Positions 20,188 through 30,321 of a DNA stretch of 64,000 bases are shown one piece after another. The stretch covers positions 6,380 to 70,379 of the forward strand of contig DASYLC010000160.1 of the NCBI GenBank assembly GCA_036009775.1, written 5' to 3'. Position numbers and translations under genes: made by a program. The stretch comes from Chitinophagaceae bacterium (GTDB lineage Bacteria > Bacteroidota > Bacteroidia > Chitinophagales > Chitinophagaceae). The notes beneath the pieces are model-generated. The model did no database searches. It worked only from the letters and a program-made list of their open reading frames with translations, and was not told the DNA's origin. The first letter of the stretch is position 1; each line of letters starts with the position of its first letter.

Positions 20188-20430
20188 ATGGAACCGGACA
20201 TAAATTGTTTGAAGGATTTTATTAAAAATGTTATCCCTGTTCCTCCTGCATACTGGAAGAGATCTGTTCTGCTTTCAACCCGGCCGTTTACAGCAGAGGC
20301 GATTACTTAATAAAAGAAGGAAGATAATCCGATAGTTATTTCCCGAAAAAGGGATTTTCAGGGCTTATACTTTTGACCAGGATGGAAATGAGGTGACAAC
20401 GGGATTATTGGGAGCAAACAAAATACAGGA
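20188..20430 (+). pseudogene. Crp/Fnr-family regulator pseudogene (cNMP-binding domain fragment)
   Basis: Across frameshifts: MEPDINCLKDFIKNVIP / ILEEICSAF..YSRGDYLIKEGR* / EKGIFRAYTFDQDGNEVTTG; internal stop; truncated at a repeat. Confidence 0.7.
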
Positions 20431-20578
20431 ACACGGATTTGACAGATGGGATTGATGAACACGGATTTTAATTCTGTTCACAGAATTAAAGGGGATTACT
20501 ACCAATTAGGTTTGGAATTTCACCTTTTGCGGAGCAAAAATATCTGCGTTTATCTGTAAGATCCGTGTACTCCGTGTG
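20431..20578. repeat. Inverted array of ACACGGAT / ATCCGTGT units
   Basis: ACACGGAT at 20431 and 20459; ATCTGCGT, ATCTGTAA, ATCCGTGT, CTCCGTGT in the right arm; inner hairpin TTTAATTCTGT-TC-ACAGAATTAAA. Confidence 0.7.
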
Positions 20579-20615
20579 CTTGTATTTTTTATCTTTCCAA
20601 AAAAGAAAGACCGGC

Positions 20616-21398
20616 ATGCTACAAAAAGATTTCGCGGATAAGGTTGTTGAACTTGTCAAAAAGGATGAGAACGTCATCGGACTTGCTGCTGCCGGCTCCT
20701 GGATCACCCATGAACTGGATGAGTATTCCGATCTTGACCTGGTATTGATCACCCAAAATAAGATCGGGGGCGATAAAGAAAAGATGATAGGCTATGCCCG
20801 GAGTTTTGGTGATTTTATCTCGGGCTTTACCGGTGAACATGTGGGTGAACCAAGGGTATTGATCTGTTTGTATGATAACCCTTTGCTGCATGTCGATATA
20901 AAATTTCTTACCCCCGGTGAGTTTGAACAAAGAGCGGAAGACCCAATTATTCTTTTTGAAAGAGAGGAACAACTCACCAATCTTATAGGTAAAACGAAAG
21001 CGGTATGGCCGCAACCGGATCCCCAATGGATAGAAGACCGTTTCTGGACCTGGGTGCAATATATCGCTGCTAAAGCAGCACGGGGCGAGTATTTTGAATG
21101 TATCGACGGGTTGGGGATGATCCGGTCATTGGTATTGGCGCCGCTGCTGCAATTAAAAAATAAGAACCCGCCAAGAGGATTGCGGAAAGTGGAAATGCAA
21201 TTACCATCCGCGGATCTTGAAGACCTGAAAACTACAATCCCGGAACACAGTAAAGAGGCTGTGATCAGTGCGCTTGAAAACTCGATCAGGATCTATCGCT
21301 CGTTGCGACCGTTATTCTCAACACATACTTTATTGCAATCTTTTGCTGAAAAAAGGAGTATGGAATATCTTGAGCAGGTAAAGCAAGGATTTGATTAA
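20616..21398 (+). CDS. Pol-beta-superfamily nucleotidyltransferase (AadK/Lnu-like)
   Basis: AGSW...DEYSDLDL motif, HVDIKF third Asp, helical C-terminal domain; start MLQKDF. Confidence 0.72.
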   Translation: MLQKDFADKVVELVKKDENVIGLAAAGSWITHELDEYSDLDLVLITQNKIGGDKEKMIGYARSFGDFISGFTGEHVGEPRVLICLYDNPLLHVDIKFLTPGEFEQRAEDPIILFEREEQLTNLIGKTKAVWPQPDPQWIEDRFWTWVQYIAAKAARGEYFECIDGLGMIRSLVLAPLLQLKNKNPPRGLRKVEMQLPSADLEDLKTTIPEHSKEAVISALENSIRIYRSLRPLFSTHTLLQSFAEKRSMEYLEQVKQGFD

Positions 21399-21406
21399 TT
21401 TCAAGA

Positions 21407-22471
21407 ATGAAATCCATCAGGGTTATATGGCTGCTCCTTCTTACGGGACTACTTTATCTTTCCTGCAAGAGTAATAGCTCTTATGCAATCAGGGATTTTG
21501 AATCATCCCTTCAACCTCATCTTGTTAACATTGTATCCGAAGGAATCATTGGTCATCACAAATCAATTCAATTTATTGAAGAAAACACAACCGATGGTGA
21601 TTTACAAAAGCTTGCCCGGTCAGAACATCCTGCGTTGAGAGCCGTTGCCTTCAGTGTGATGCTAAAAAGATCATCTATTAATCATTTTAAATTAATAATG
21701 AACAACCTTGCTGATACAGCAATTGTTGCACTAGACTGGGGTGAGTTTGGCATTAGGTATAGAACGGTTTCAGATTATCTTCTTGATAGAGCAGAGTGGG
21801 ACGATACGATTTCCCGGAATCAAACTATTAACGCGGTACTTACAAAGCACAATTATCTTCACGGGGCTTATAGCATACTCTTAAATCTCCCCGCAGAAGA
21901 GAAATACTACCCATTCATTAAAGAAATGGCTCAGCGAAAAAGAAGCGAGAAAGATTTTTTTGAACCCGGATTTAAAGAAGAAGAGTATGCCCTATTCGGT
22001 TTGGCTAAATTTGGGAAAAAAGAGGATGTTAACATAATAAAAGACTGGCTGCTAGAGAACCGCGGGCAATTCAGCCATTTATCTTTCAGGCTAATGAAAG
22101 AATTTCCAAATGAAGCTTATCACAAGGTGTTTCAAGAATTCTATCTCCATAATTTTTACCCGATTACAAGCCAAAATCAATATGCCTGGTACCCGGAAGA
22201 ATTCGTGGAATCGCTAGCTGTTTATAAAAACGAAACCAGTTCAAAAATTTTAAGCTCTATTCTTGGTCAAATATCCAATTTGTCATCAAAAACTGGCGCT
22301 GAATATTTAAAACAAAGCCTGGTTTACGCAATTTGTAATAATCCTTGCGACGCTTACTCAACGCTGCGAATGCAAATCGCAGATGATATAAAAAATTATG
22401 AAAAAAGAGAAAAGCTAGTGATGGATACTATTTTTCAATCTTCTTCTCAAAAGAAAACTATAAGATGGTAG
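21407..22471 (+). CDS. Hypothetical helical-repeat lipoprotein
   Basis: Lipobox LYLSC; HEAT-like HPALRAVAF segment; visibly AT-richer than neighbours. Confidence 0.6.
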   Translation: MKSIRVIWLLLLTGLLYLSCKSNSSYAIRDFESSLQPHLVNIVSEGIIGHHKSIQFIEENTTDGDLQKLARSEHPALRAVAFSVMLKRSSINHFKLIMNNLADTAIVALDWGEFGIRYRTVSDYLLDRAEWDDTISRNQTINAVLTKHNYLHGAYSILLNLPAEEKYYPFIKEMAQRKRSEKDFFEPGFKEEEYALFGLAKFGKKEDVNIIKDWLLENRGQFSHLSFRLMKEFPNEAYHKVFQEFYLHNFYPITSQNQYAWYPEEFVESLAVYKNETSSKILSSILGQISNLSSKTGAEYLKQSLVYAICNNPCDAYSTLRMQIADDIKNYEKREKLVMDTIFQSSSQKKTIRW

Positions 22472-22511
22472 CAGTACCTAAAACAATTAAAAGGAATAAA
22501 TAATTTCAGGC

Positions 22512-23165
22512 ATGAGTATTCAACAGGCATATAACTCCTGGGCCTCCCAATATGACAGCAATGATAACAAGACCCGAGACCTCGAGGCTTTTGCTTTACG
22601 GGAAACCCTTTCTCCCATTGCTTTTGACAACTGTCTCGAGATCGGCTGCGGTACCGGCAAGAATACCGTATGGCTGATCGAAAAAGCAAAACAGGTAACC
22701 GCTGTTGATCTTTCCGAAGAAATGATGGCGAAAGCAAAGTTAAAGGCCGGTTCTGCCAACGTTCAATTCAAGCAAGCCGATATCACGGCACCCTGGACAT
22801 TTGGTGAAGCACAATACGACCTGGTAAGTTTCAGCCTTGTACTCGAGCATATCGAAAATCTTGACCCTGTTTTTAAAGAAACCGCTGCCGCACTAAAACC
22901 CGGCGGCCATGTGTATATCGGCGAGCTCCACCCTTTTAAACAATATGCCGGATCCAAAGCTAGATTTGAGACAGAACAGGGAGTGCAGGTGGTGGATTGT
23001 TTCAATCACCATATTTCCGATTTTACCCGCGCCGCAAACCAGTGTGGACTGGTAGTTGAGAGTGTCAATGAATATTTTGATAACAATGACCGCAAGGAAC
23101 TGCCAAGGCTACTGGTGCTTTTACTAATAAAGGGTAACTTAAACAACAGTTTCAATGATCATTGA
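22512..23165 (+). CDS. Class I SAM-dependent methyltransferase
   Basis: LEIGCGTG, VDLSEEM, LVLEHI, LKPGG. Confidence 0.92.
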   Translation: MSIQQAYNSWASQYDSNDNKTRDLEAFALRETLSPIAFDNCLEIGCGTGKNTVWLIEKAKQVTAVDLSEEMMAKAKLKAGSANVQFKQADITAPWTFGEAQYDLVSFSLVLEHIENLDPVFKETAAALKPGGHVYIGELHPFKQYAGSKARFETEQGVQVVDCFNHHISDFTRAANQCGLVVESVNEYFDNNDRKELPRLLVLLLIKGNLNNSFNDH

Positions 23166-23213
23166 TTGATAATATCCTCACTTTCTAATTCTTTATTTCT
23201 CATTTCTTATTTT

Positions 23214-24272
23214 CTACTGCCGCTGCTGCCTCGGCATATGCTCATCCATATACTTATTGTAGGTTTTGTTCCAGTCGTTCAGCGCTGAATTGCCCTGTTT
23301 ATTAAGATCGGTCATTGTACTGTTGAATTTATTCAGCACAGTATTGATATCGTTCACAGCATTATTGTACTGGTCAACTTCCTGCTGTGTCCGTTTGCCG
23401 GGTGGTGTGGCATCGAATTTCTTTTTGATCTTATTGAATTCCTCTTCTTTCAAAAAATAATCGGTGATGGCCGGACCTTTGGACGCTTCATTTTTGTAAT
23501 GTATCATCATATTCCGGCAGGCCGCGATCAGCGAGGCATCGCCGGCGTACCCTTTTATGTCCTTTAATTTCTCCATCCCTTCTTCGGCAAATTTTTTCAG
23601 GGAACTGAGGTTCTGTTCTATGCCGACAATATTTTTCTTACTGATAGCATCCATCAGGTACGCCTCCTGTTTGTAAGGCTTAAAAAATACCAGGTACACA
23701 TCATTGCAATGGTCCATCACATCACTGACGATCTTTGATTTTGTTTCCAGTTCCGATTCGTTCTCGATCAGGTTGATATTATTCTTTTGTGCAAAAACCT
23801 TTTGCTGCTCATGCTGTTTCTTCCCGGCCTCGTTCAATTTTTCATAGGCTTTTTCCTGGGCCAGCAGGTAGGCTTCCATCGCATCATAGCTTTGTTCAGC
23901 GATCTCTTCCATATTCACGATCTTGCCATAGTCCTCACTAAATAAGCTGAATAATATTTTCAAATAGGCCACGGACGTGTCTTTCAGCGACCGATCGCCC
24001 TTCCAGGGTGGCATGGAAGAGATGGCATACCGGGTATCGGTAATAGCATTCACGACCTCAAATCGCCGCTTCTCCACTTTACGGGCGCTCTTGCCATGTG
24101 AAACAGCACTCAGGTACACCAGGTATTTAACGGTCAGGTCGCTGTTCGCCTTATTGATATGGTCGAGATAATCTACCGCTGTTTCAAAGGTCTGCGCTGC
24201 AGGCCGCAAGGAGAAACAGGCGAGAAAAAAAGGAAGAAGGAATACAATTTTAAAATACCGCTTCATGATCAT
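23214..24272 (-). CDS. Secreted all-helical protein (resembles the LIC11966-like family)
   Basis: Signal peptide ending AAQ; YLSAVSHGKSARKVEKRR; YDAMEAYLLAQEKA; 4-nt overlap with the upstream protease. Confidence 0.6.
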   Translation of the reverse strand: MIMKRYFKIVFLLPFFLACFSLRPAAQTFETAVDYLDHINKANSDLTVKYLVYLSAVSHGKSARKVEKRRFEVVNAITDTRYAISSMPPWKGDRSLKDTSVAYLKILFSLFSEDYGKIVNMEEIAEQSYDAMEAYLLAQEKAYEKLNEAGKKQHEQQKVFAQKNNINLIENESELETKSKIVSDVMDHCNDVYLVFFKPYKQEAYLMDAISKKNIVGIEQNLSSLKKFAEEGMEKLKDIKGYAGDASLIAACRNMMIHYKNEASKGPAITDYFLKEEEFNKIKKKFDATPPGKRTQQEVDQYNNAVNDINTVLNKFNSTMTDLNKQGNSALNDWNKTYNKYMDEHMPRQQRQ

Positions 24273-26380
24273 TGATTTTTGGTGGCAGGTTTTTGTAAAT
24301 TAATTAAATCGGTCAGTACCAGGAAAACTTCCTGTATATAAATATCGTCGGCAAGGTTCTTTAACCAGGTCGCATTCATTTCTTTAGCATAGATATCATC
24401 CTGCATCAGCTCTTTATCCCGTGCATGGTTCTCTACCGTGAATTTATTCGTGGGCCCGCCTTCGCCTTTCATGGCTTCCAGGTCAAGCTGTTGTTGCTGT
24501 ACCCATTTTTCGAAAAGCTCGGTCTTCAGTGGTATCGTTCTTGTGGAGGTTTGCATGATCCTTTGCTGTTCATCCACAATTTTTTTAATGACCTGGAAAT
24601 CGGGATTGGCAGCAATCCTTCCCTTGCTGCGACCGGCCAGTTCTGCTACCGGCAAATATGGCAATGGTTTATAATAATTATTCCTTTTCACCGTATCGGC
24701 GATCAGCGGGTATTTTTCAAACCGTTCTCCCATTTCCAGCCCGTCAAACGCATCGGGGAGCACCACATCGGGTTTCACACCGATCAGTTGCGCCGTCTGC
24801 CCGTTCACCCTGTACAGTTTCCCCGTTGTTATTTTTATAATATCACCTCTTTCATTTCCGGTGATCTCCCGGCTGCTCATCGTATCCACCGGGAACATTT
24901 CCTGCATCGTCGCTTTTCCATAGGTATTGCTCCCCACGATCAGAGCCCGGTTATAATCCTGCAGCGATGCCGCCAGCATCTCGGAGGCAGAAGCGCTTTG
25001 GCCATTCACCATCAATACCATCGGGCCGTCATAGATCGTTCCCCGGTTAGGATCCTTCAGCGTGACCAGTTTTCCATCCTTGCTTTTTTCAGCAGATAAA
25101 GGTCCTTCTTCAATAAAGATCCCGATCATATCCAGTGCTTCCCCGATCGATCCGCCACCATTGTAGCGTACATCCAGTATCAGCCCCTCGATATTCTCTC
25201 TTTTTAATTTCACTATTTCCCTGGCTACGTCATTGGCGCAACTTGAGCCTTTTTCATTTTCCCATTCGGTATAAAAGCCCGGTAATAAAATATACCCGAT
25301 CTTTTTTTCTCCTTTCAGCACAAAGCTTTTTACGATATCATCTTCCTTACTGGATTTTTCTTTCCGCAGGAAGACCATGCTCATGGTACCATCCGCCTTT
25401 CTGAAACGGAAAAGTAATTTATCATGGATCGACTGGTCCATCACTTCAAAAACCTCTTCCAGTGAAGCGCCTGTCATATCCTGTACTTCCTTTCCCTCCC
25501 AGTGAAGACTGATCAGTTCATCGCCTTTATTGATCCCGCCCGATTTCCAGGCCGGACCGCCGGGGGTAAGTTTATCTATCACGATCTTACCGGCTTCATT
25601 CTCTTCAAACACGATCCCGAAAAAAAAGGCTTCTGTACTCAGTTCTGCCTGGAATTCTTCCTTGCCCTGTGGTGAAAAATAATTGGTATGGGGATCAAAA
25701 CACCCCGCAATGGCATTCAGGTATAATTCGGTTACATAAGCAGGGTAGCCTGCGGGATAATCCAGTATCCTCTTCAACGCTTTTAATTCTGCTTTTTTTA
25801 TTTTCTCCCGGATAGCAGGTTCAAGTGTGGTGAGCCCGGTTTTGAACGGAATTTTTTTCACACTATCCGCATTGGCCGCATCATACACTTCATGGAGTAT
25901 TACGTACTTCAAATACCTTGACCAGCGATTTGTCAATGCAGCCATATCGGCAGAAAAAGCAAAGCTGTCCTTTTTCCTGGAAGAGATCAGCGTTTCAGCT
26001 GCCGAAAAATCAAAAGGCTTTTGCAATACTTTATTGACGATCGAATCGGCTCTTGTCAGTGCATTTTTATAAAGGAGAGAGAACTTATCGAAAAAATTGC
26101 CTGCTTCCCCCCGCAATTCATCATCCAGTTTTGTGCTGAAAGCAGCAAGTTGCTGATAGTCTGCCGAGGTAAATAATAATCGCCTGGGGTCGGCGGCATT
26201 GATGACCATTTTAAACACAGCCATAGAGAAACTATCATTAACGGCGCGGGGAGCATAGTGATTCCGCTCGACCATTCTTTTTACGACAATGGCTTTTTGT
26301 TGTACAGGAGATAATTGGGCAAGGGCATCCTTCCCGAAAAACAAACAAGTAAGGATCACAGCCGCTACAGTTCTCTTCAT
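24269..26380 (-). CDS. Carboxy-terminal processing protease (S41A, Prc/Tsp-like)
   Basis: DPHTNYF, PDZ GGPAWKSG, DVRYNGGGS, SASASE, TYGKAT, GVKPD. Confidence 0.9.
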   Translation of the reverse strand: MKRTVAAVILTCLFFGKDALAQLSPVQQKAIVVKRMVERNHYAPRAVNDSFSMAVFKMVINAADPRRLLFTSADYQQLAAFSTKLDDELRGEAGNFFDKFSLLYKNALTRADSIVNKVLQKPFDFSAAETLISSRKKDSFAFSADMAALTNRWSRYLKYVILHEVYDAANADSVKKIPFKTGLTTLEPAIREKIKKAELKALKRILDYPAGYPAYVTELYLNAIAGCFDPHTNYFSPQGKEEFQAELSTEAFFFGIVFEENEAGKIVIDKLTPGGPAWKSGGINKGDELISLHWEGKEVQDMTGASLEEVFEVMDQSIHDKLLFRFRKADGTMSMVFLRKEKSSKEDDIVKSFVLKGEKKIGYILLPGFYTEWENEKGSSCANDVAREIVKLKRENIEGLILDVRYNGGGSIGEALDMIGIFIEEGPLSAEKSKDGKLVTLKDPNRGTIYDGPMVLMVNGQSASASEMLAASLQDYNRALIVGSNTYGKATMQEMFPVDTMSSREITGNERGDIIKITTGKLYRVNGQTAQLIGVKPDVVLPDAFDGLEMGERFEKYPLIADTVKRNNYYKPLPYLPVAELAGRSKGRIAANPDFQVIKKIVDEQQRIMQTSTRTIPLKTELFEKWVQQQQLDLEAMKGEGGPTNKFTVENHARDKELMQDDIYAKEMNATWLKNLADDIYIQEVFLVLTDLINLQKPATKNQ

Positions 26381-26448
26381 GTGGGTGGAATTGAAAGACT
26401 GTAAACTAATTAAACTGGCAGAAATAAAGAAAGGTTTCAGGGGCCGTC

Positions 26449-26515
26449 TTTATAAAATCTTTATACCGGAACGGTCTCATTTTATACCATACTTATAATG
26501 ACAGGGTTACCTTTG
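26449..26515 (+). promoter_or_regulatory. Putative KdpE boxes and -7 promoter
   Basis: TTTATA at 26449, 26460, 26481 and CTTATA at 26492 (11/21/11 spacing); TACCTTTG at 26508-26515. Confidence 0.7.
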
Positions 26516-26531
26516 TTCTCTATTCTGCAAA

Positions 26532-27665
26532 ATGTTACGTCGTCATTCCAAAACATCCAGGTCTTCTCAATTCCTGGTCAGTATCAGCCTGATCATTGGG
26601 GTTTCGGCAGGTTGTTATATTTTCTCAGCCAACTTCGATTATAAGGTTGTCGCGTTTATACTCCTGCTGACCGTTTCACTGGTCGCCATCGTATTTGATA
26701 TCATCCCGGTGATGGTAGCTGCTTTACTGAGTGCCCTGATATGGAATTTCTTTTTTATCCCTCCCAAATTCACTTTTCATATCGGTTCGGCAGAAGATGC
26801 ATTCCTTTTCCTGATGTATTTTATCATCGCCCTGATCAATGCCGTACTCACCAACCGGATCAGGAGAATTGAAAAACAGGTTTTAGAAAAAGAAGAAAAA
26901 GCAAAGACCATTAAACTGTATAATACCCTGCTCAATTCATTATCACACGAATTAAAGACCCCGATCGCAACGATCGTCGCCGCCACGGACAACCTGCTTG
27001 ACGAGCGGTCCAACCTGTCAGGCGACAATCGCAAAGAATTAACTGAAAATATTTCTGTCGCTTCTTTACGGTTAAACCAGCAGGTGGAGAACCTTTTGAG
27101 TATGTCGAGGCTGGAATCCGGCTTTATACAACCCAAAAAAGACTGGTGCGATATTAATGAACTGGTCTATACGGTGATCAACAGGCTGGAGCAGCAACTG
27201 AAAAATCATACCGTGCATATCAATATGGAAGAAGGCCTTCCCCTGTATAAGCTTGATTTTGGATTGATGGAACAGGTGCTCTATAACCTCGTCTATAATG
27301 CATCGATCTACACGCCGGAATACGCAGATATATTTATTGCGGTAAAAAACAACACAGAGAAATTATACCGTCTCGATGCCACTGCCCGGGAGCATAGTGA
27401 AATGAAAAAGGAAGAAAATTATTTATTGATCATCGTTGAAGACCGTGGTCCGGGTTTTCCCGAACCGGTTTTGGAAAAGGTCTTCGATAAATTTTATCGG
27501 TTAAGTAACTCTTCGGGCGGAACTGGCCTGGGTCTTTCTATCGTAAAGGGGTTTGTGGAAGCACATCGTGGAACGATCAGGCTGGAAAATGTTCCCCATG
27601 GCGCAAGGTTTACCATAGATATCCCCGCGGAGACATCCTATATTAACAACCTGAAAAATGAATAA
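26532..27665 (+). CDS. Minimal KdpD-like sensor kinase (DUF4118 TM domain + HisKA + HATPase)
   Basis: WNFFFIPPKFTFHI KdpD membrane motif; SHELKTP, NLLSMSRLE, DRGPG, GTGLGL; no N-terminal KdpD/Usp or GAF domain. Confidence 0.85.
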   Translation: MLRRHSKTSRSSQFLVSISLIIGVSAGCYIFSANFDYKVVAFILLLTVSLVAIVFDIIPVMVAALLSALIWNFFFIPPKFTFHIGSAEDAFLFLMYFIIALINAVLTNRIRRIEKQVLEKEEKAKTIKLYNTLLNSLSHELKTPIATIVAATDNLLDERSNLSGDNRKELTENISVASLRLNQQVENLLSMSRLESGFIQPKKDWCDINELVYTVINRLEQQLKNHTVHINMEEGLPLYKLDFGLMEQVLYNLVYNASIYTPEYADIFIAVKNNTEKLYRLDATAREHSEMKKEENYLLIIVEDRGPGFPEPVLEKVFDKFYRLSNSSGGTGLGLSIVKGFVEAHRGTIRLENVPHGARFTIDIPAETSYINNLKNE

Positions 27666-28344
27666 CGCAGCTATATTGGTTATAGACGATGAAATGCAGA
27701 TACGCAGGCTGCTGGAGATCACATTGGAAAGCAACCATTTTGATACAAGTTCTGCTGACTCGGCCAAAGAAGGTTTGCGGATGGCGGCAAGTCATCCTCC
27801 CGACCTGGTGATCCTCGATCTCGGTTTACCGGATGAGAATGGACATATAGTATTGAAAAAACTAAGAGAGTGGTATACAAAGCCGGTGATCATTCTATCC
27901 GCCCAAAGCAGCGAAGAAGATATTGTGAATGCGTTGGATAATGGGGCCAATGATTATCTCGTAAAACCGTTTCGTACCGGGGAGCTGCTGGCCCGCATCC
28001 GGTCGGCATTACGAACCAGCATAGCGGAAGACAGTGAACCGGTCATTGATTGCGGCGAACTCCAGGTTGACCTGGCAGCAAGAACCATAAAGAAAAATAA
28101 TGAGACCGTTAAGTTAACCGCTACCGAATATAAACTGCTCAGCCTTTTTGCGCGGCAGGAAGGAAAAGTGTTGACACATCAATATTTACTGAGAGAGGTT
28201 TGGGGACCAGGTTATATTAACCAGTCACAATATTTAAGAGTATTCATTGCACAGCTAAGAAAGAAAATAGAAACAGACCCTAACCGTCCTGCTTATATCC
28301 TTACTGAATCGGGAGTAGGTTACCGGTTTATTGCCAAAGAATAA
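27658..28344 (+). CDS. kdpE: KdpE-family response regulator
   Basis: LDLGLPD, KVLTHQYLLREVWGP..QYLRVFIAQLRKKIETDP.RP.YILTESGVGYRF. Confidence 0.85.
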   Translation: MNNAAILVIDDEMQIRRLLEITLESNHFDTSSADSAKEGLRMAASHPPDLVILDLGLPDENGHIVLKKLREWYTKPVIILSAQSSEEDIVNALDNGANDYLVKPFRTGELLARIRSALRTSIAEDSEPVIDCGELQVDLAARTIKKNNETVKLTATEYKLLSLFARQEGKVLTHQYLLREVWGPGYINQSQYLRVFIAQLRKKIETDPNRPAYILTESGVGYRFIAKE

Positions 28345-28368
28345 TCAACCAACCATAAAATTTGAACG

Positions 28369-30312
28369 ATGAAATCGAATAGCATTCATTCGAACAGGAT
28401 AACTATTGCCTCATTGCTGGTAGCATTAGGTATCATCTATGGTGATATCGGCACCAGTCCTCTTTATGTGCTCAAAGCGATCGTCGGTGAAAAACAAATT
28501 GACGAAGTACTGGTATTGGGTGGCGTCTCCTGTGTGTTCTGGACGCTGGTGCTGCAAACAACAGTAAAATATATCTGGCTTACGCTGAAAGCGGACAATG
28601 ATGGTGAAGGCGGCATCTTCTCTTTATATGCACTGGTTCGCCGCTATGGAAAAAAGCTGATCATCCCGGCCATCCTGGGTGCAACAACACTGCTGGCGGA
28701 TGGTATCATTACTCCTCCTATTTCTGTAGCATCGGCTGTTGAAGGATTGGAAGCAGTTGTACCGGACCTTCCAACTGTTCCCATTGTAATTGTTATTCTT
28801 TCCGGGTTATTCTTCTTCCAGCGTTTCGGGACACAGAAGGTCGGACGGGCTTTTGGCCCCATCATGGTTATCTGGTTCACGATGTTATTTGTACTGGGGT
28901 TTTCACAGATCATGCAGTACCCCGCTATACTGAGATCACTCAACCCTTACTATGCTTATGAACTATTAGCAAGGTACCCGGGCGGCTTTTGGTTACTGGG
29001 CGCTGTATTCCTGTGTACGACAGGTGCAGAAGCATTGTATTCCGACCTGGGTCATTGCGGCAGGAAAAATATCCGCATCACCTGGGCTTTTGTAAAAATT
29101 TGTCTTGTTGCCAATTACCTGGGACAAGCAGCATGGATCATGCACCAGGGACAACCCTTTCTGGTAGGACGAAACCCTTTCTTCGAGATCATGCCGCATT
29201 GGTTCCTTCTCGCCGGGATCCTTATTGCAACAGCCGCTACCATTATTGCATCACAGGCATTGATCAGTGGTTCATACACACTGATCAGCGAAGCCATGAA
29301 CCTGAACTTCTGGCCGAGGGTAAGAGTGCGGCAGCCATCGGACCTGAAAGGGCAGATCTATATTCCCAGTGTCAATGTCATTCTTTGGGCCGGCTGTATC
29401 CTCATGATCCTGTACTTCCGCAGCTCCACGCATATGGAAGCAGCTTACGGTTTCTCCATCACGATAACCATGATGATGACAACGATCCTGCTGAGCTATT
29501 ACCTGATCTATAAATTAAAATGGAAAAAATGGCTGGTAGTGGGCATACTTATCCTGTTTTCATTGGTTGAATGTTCGTTTTTTATTGCTAATGTGGCCAA
29601 GATCAGGGAGCGCTGGATGTTCCTTTTCTTCGAGTTCTTCATTTTTATGGTGATGTATACCTGGTATTATGCCCGGAAAATAAATAACCGTTTCACCAAA
29701 TTCGTTGACCTGGGGAAATATGCCCCCACGATAAAAGAATTAAGCGAGGACGATAATATTCCAAAATTCTCCACCCATCTTATCTATCTCACCAAGGCCA
29801 ATAACCGGCACCAGGTAGAAGAGAAGATCATCAATTCCATTTTTTCAAAAAAACCCAAACGTGCCGACGTGTACTGGTTTGTACATATCAACCGCACCGA
29901 ACATCCTTATACACTTTCGTATGATGTATCAGAACTGATGGATGATAAAGTGATAAAAGTTACGATCAATGCGGGTTTCCGGATACAACCCAAAACCGAA
30001 CTTTATTTTAAAAGGATCGTGCAGGACCTCGTCATCAAAAAAGAGCTGAACCTGCATATACGCCCGGACGGCTCAACGAAATATAATGCGCAACCGGATT
30101 TCAAATTCATTGTGATCGAGAAATTCCTGTCGGTCGAAAATGAATTCACCCTGAAAGACGGGCTCCTGCTCAACTCCTATTTCTTTCTGAAAGACCTGGG
30201 TCAAAGTGATGAAAAAGCTTTTGGACTCGACAAGAGCGATGTAAAAGTGGAACATGTGCCGCTTATCTATCACCCGGTACAAAACATCCAGTTAATAAGA
30301 AACAATCAATAA
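28369..30312 (+). CDS. kup: KUP/HAK/KT potassium transporter
   Basis: GIIYGDIGTSPLY, GEGG, DGIITPPISV, TGAEALYSDLGH, IASQALISG, GQIYIP. Confidence 0.95.
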   Translation: MKSNSIHSNRITIASLLVALGIIYGDIGTSPLYVLKAIVGEKQIDEVLVLGGVSCVFWTLVLQTTVKYIWLTLKADNDGEGGIFSLYALVRRYGKKLIIPAILGATTLLADGIITPPISVASAVEGLEAVVPDLPTVPIVIVILSGLFFFQRFGTQKVGRAFGPIMVIWFTMLFVLGFSQIMQYPAILRSLNPYYAYELLARYPGGFWLLGAVFLCTTGAEALYSDLGHCGRKNIRITWAFVKICLVANYLGQAAWIMHQGQPFLVGRNPFFEIMPHWFLLAGILIATAATIIASQALISGSYTLISEAMNLNFWPRVRVRQPSDLKGQIYIPSVNVILWAGCILMILYFRSSTHMEAAYGFSITITMMMTTILLSYYLIYKLKWKKWLVVGILILFSLVECSFFIANVAKIRERWMFLFFEFFIFMVMYTWYYARKINNRFTKFVDLGKYAPTIKELSEDDNIPKFSTHLIYLTKANNRHQVEEKIINSIFSKKPKRADVYWFVHINRTEHPYTLSYDVSELMDDKVIKVTINAGFRIQPKTELYFKRIVQDLVIKKELNLHIRPDGSTKYNAQPDFKFIVIEKFLSVENEFTLKDGLLLNSYFFLKDLGQSDEKAFGLDKSDVKVEHVPLIYHPVQNIQLIRNNQ

Positions 30313-30321
30313 ATATTTGTT

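Noticed and set aside
20071-20578. Possible CRISPR array or IS element
   Set aside because: The units are about 9 bp, inverted and lack unique spacers; no cas or transposase gene is present
24425-25099. 224-aa + strand ORF
   Set aside because: Antisense shadow of the S41 protease
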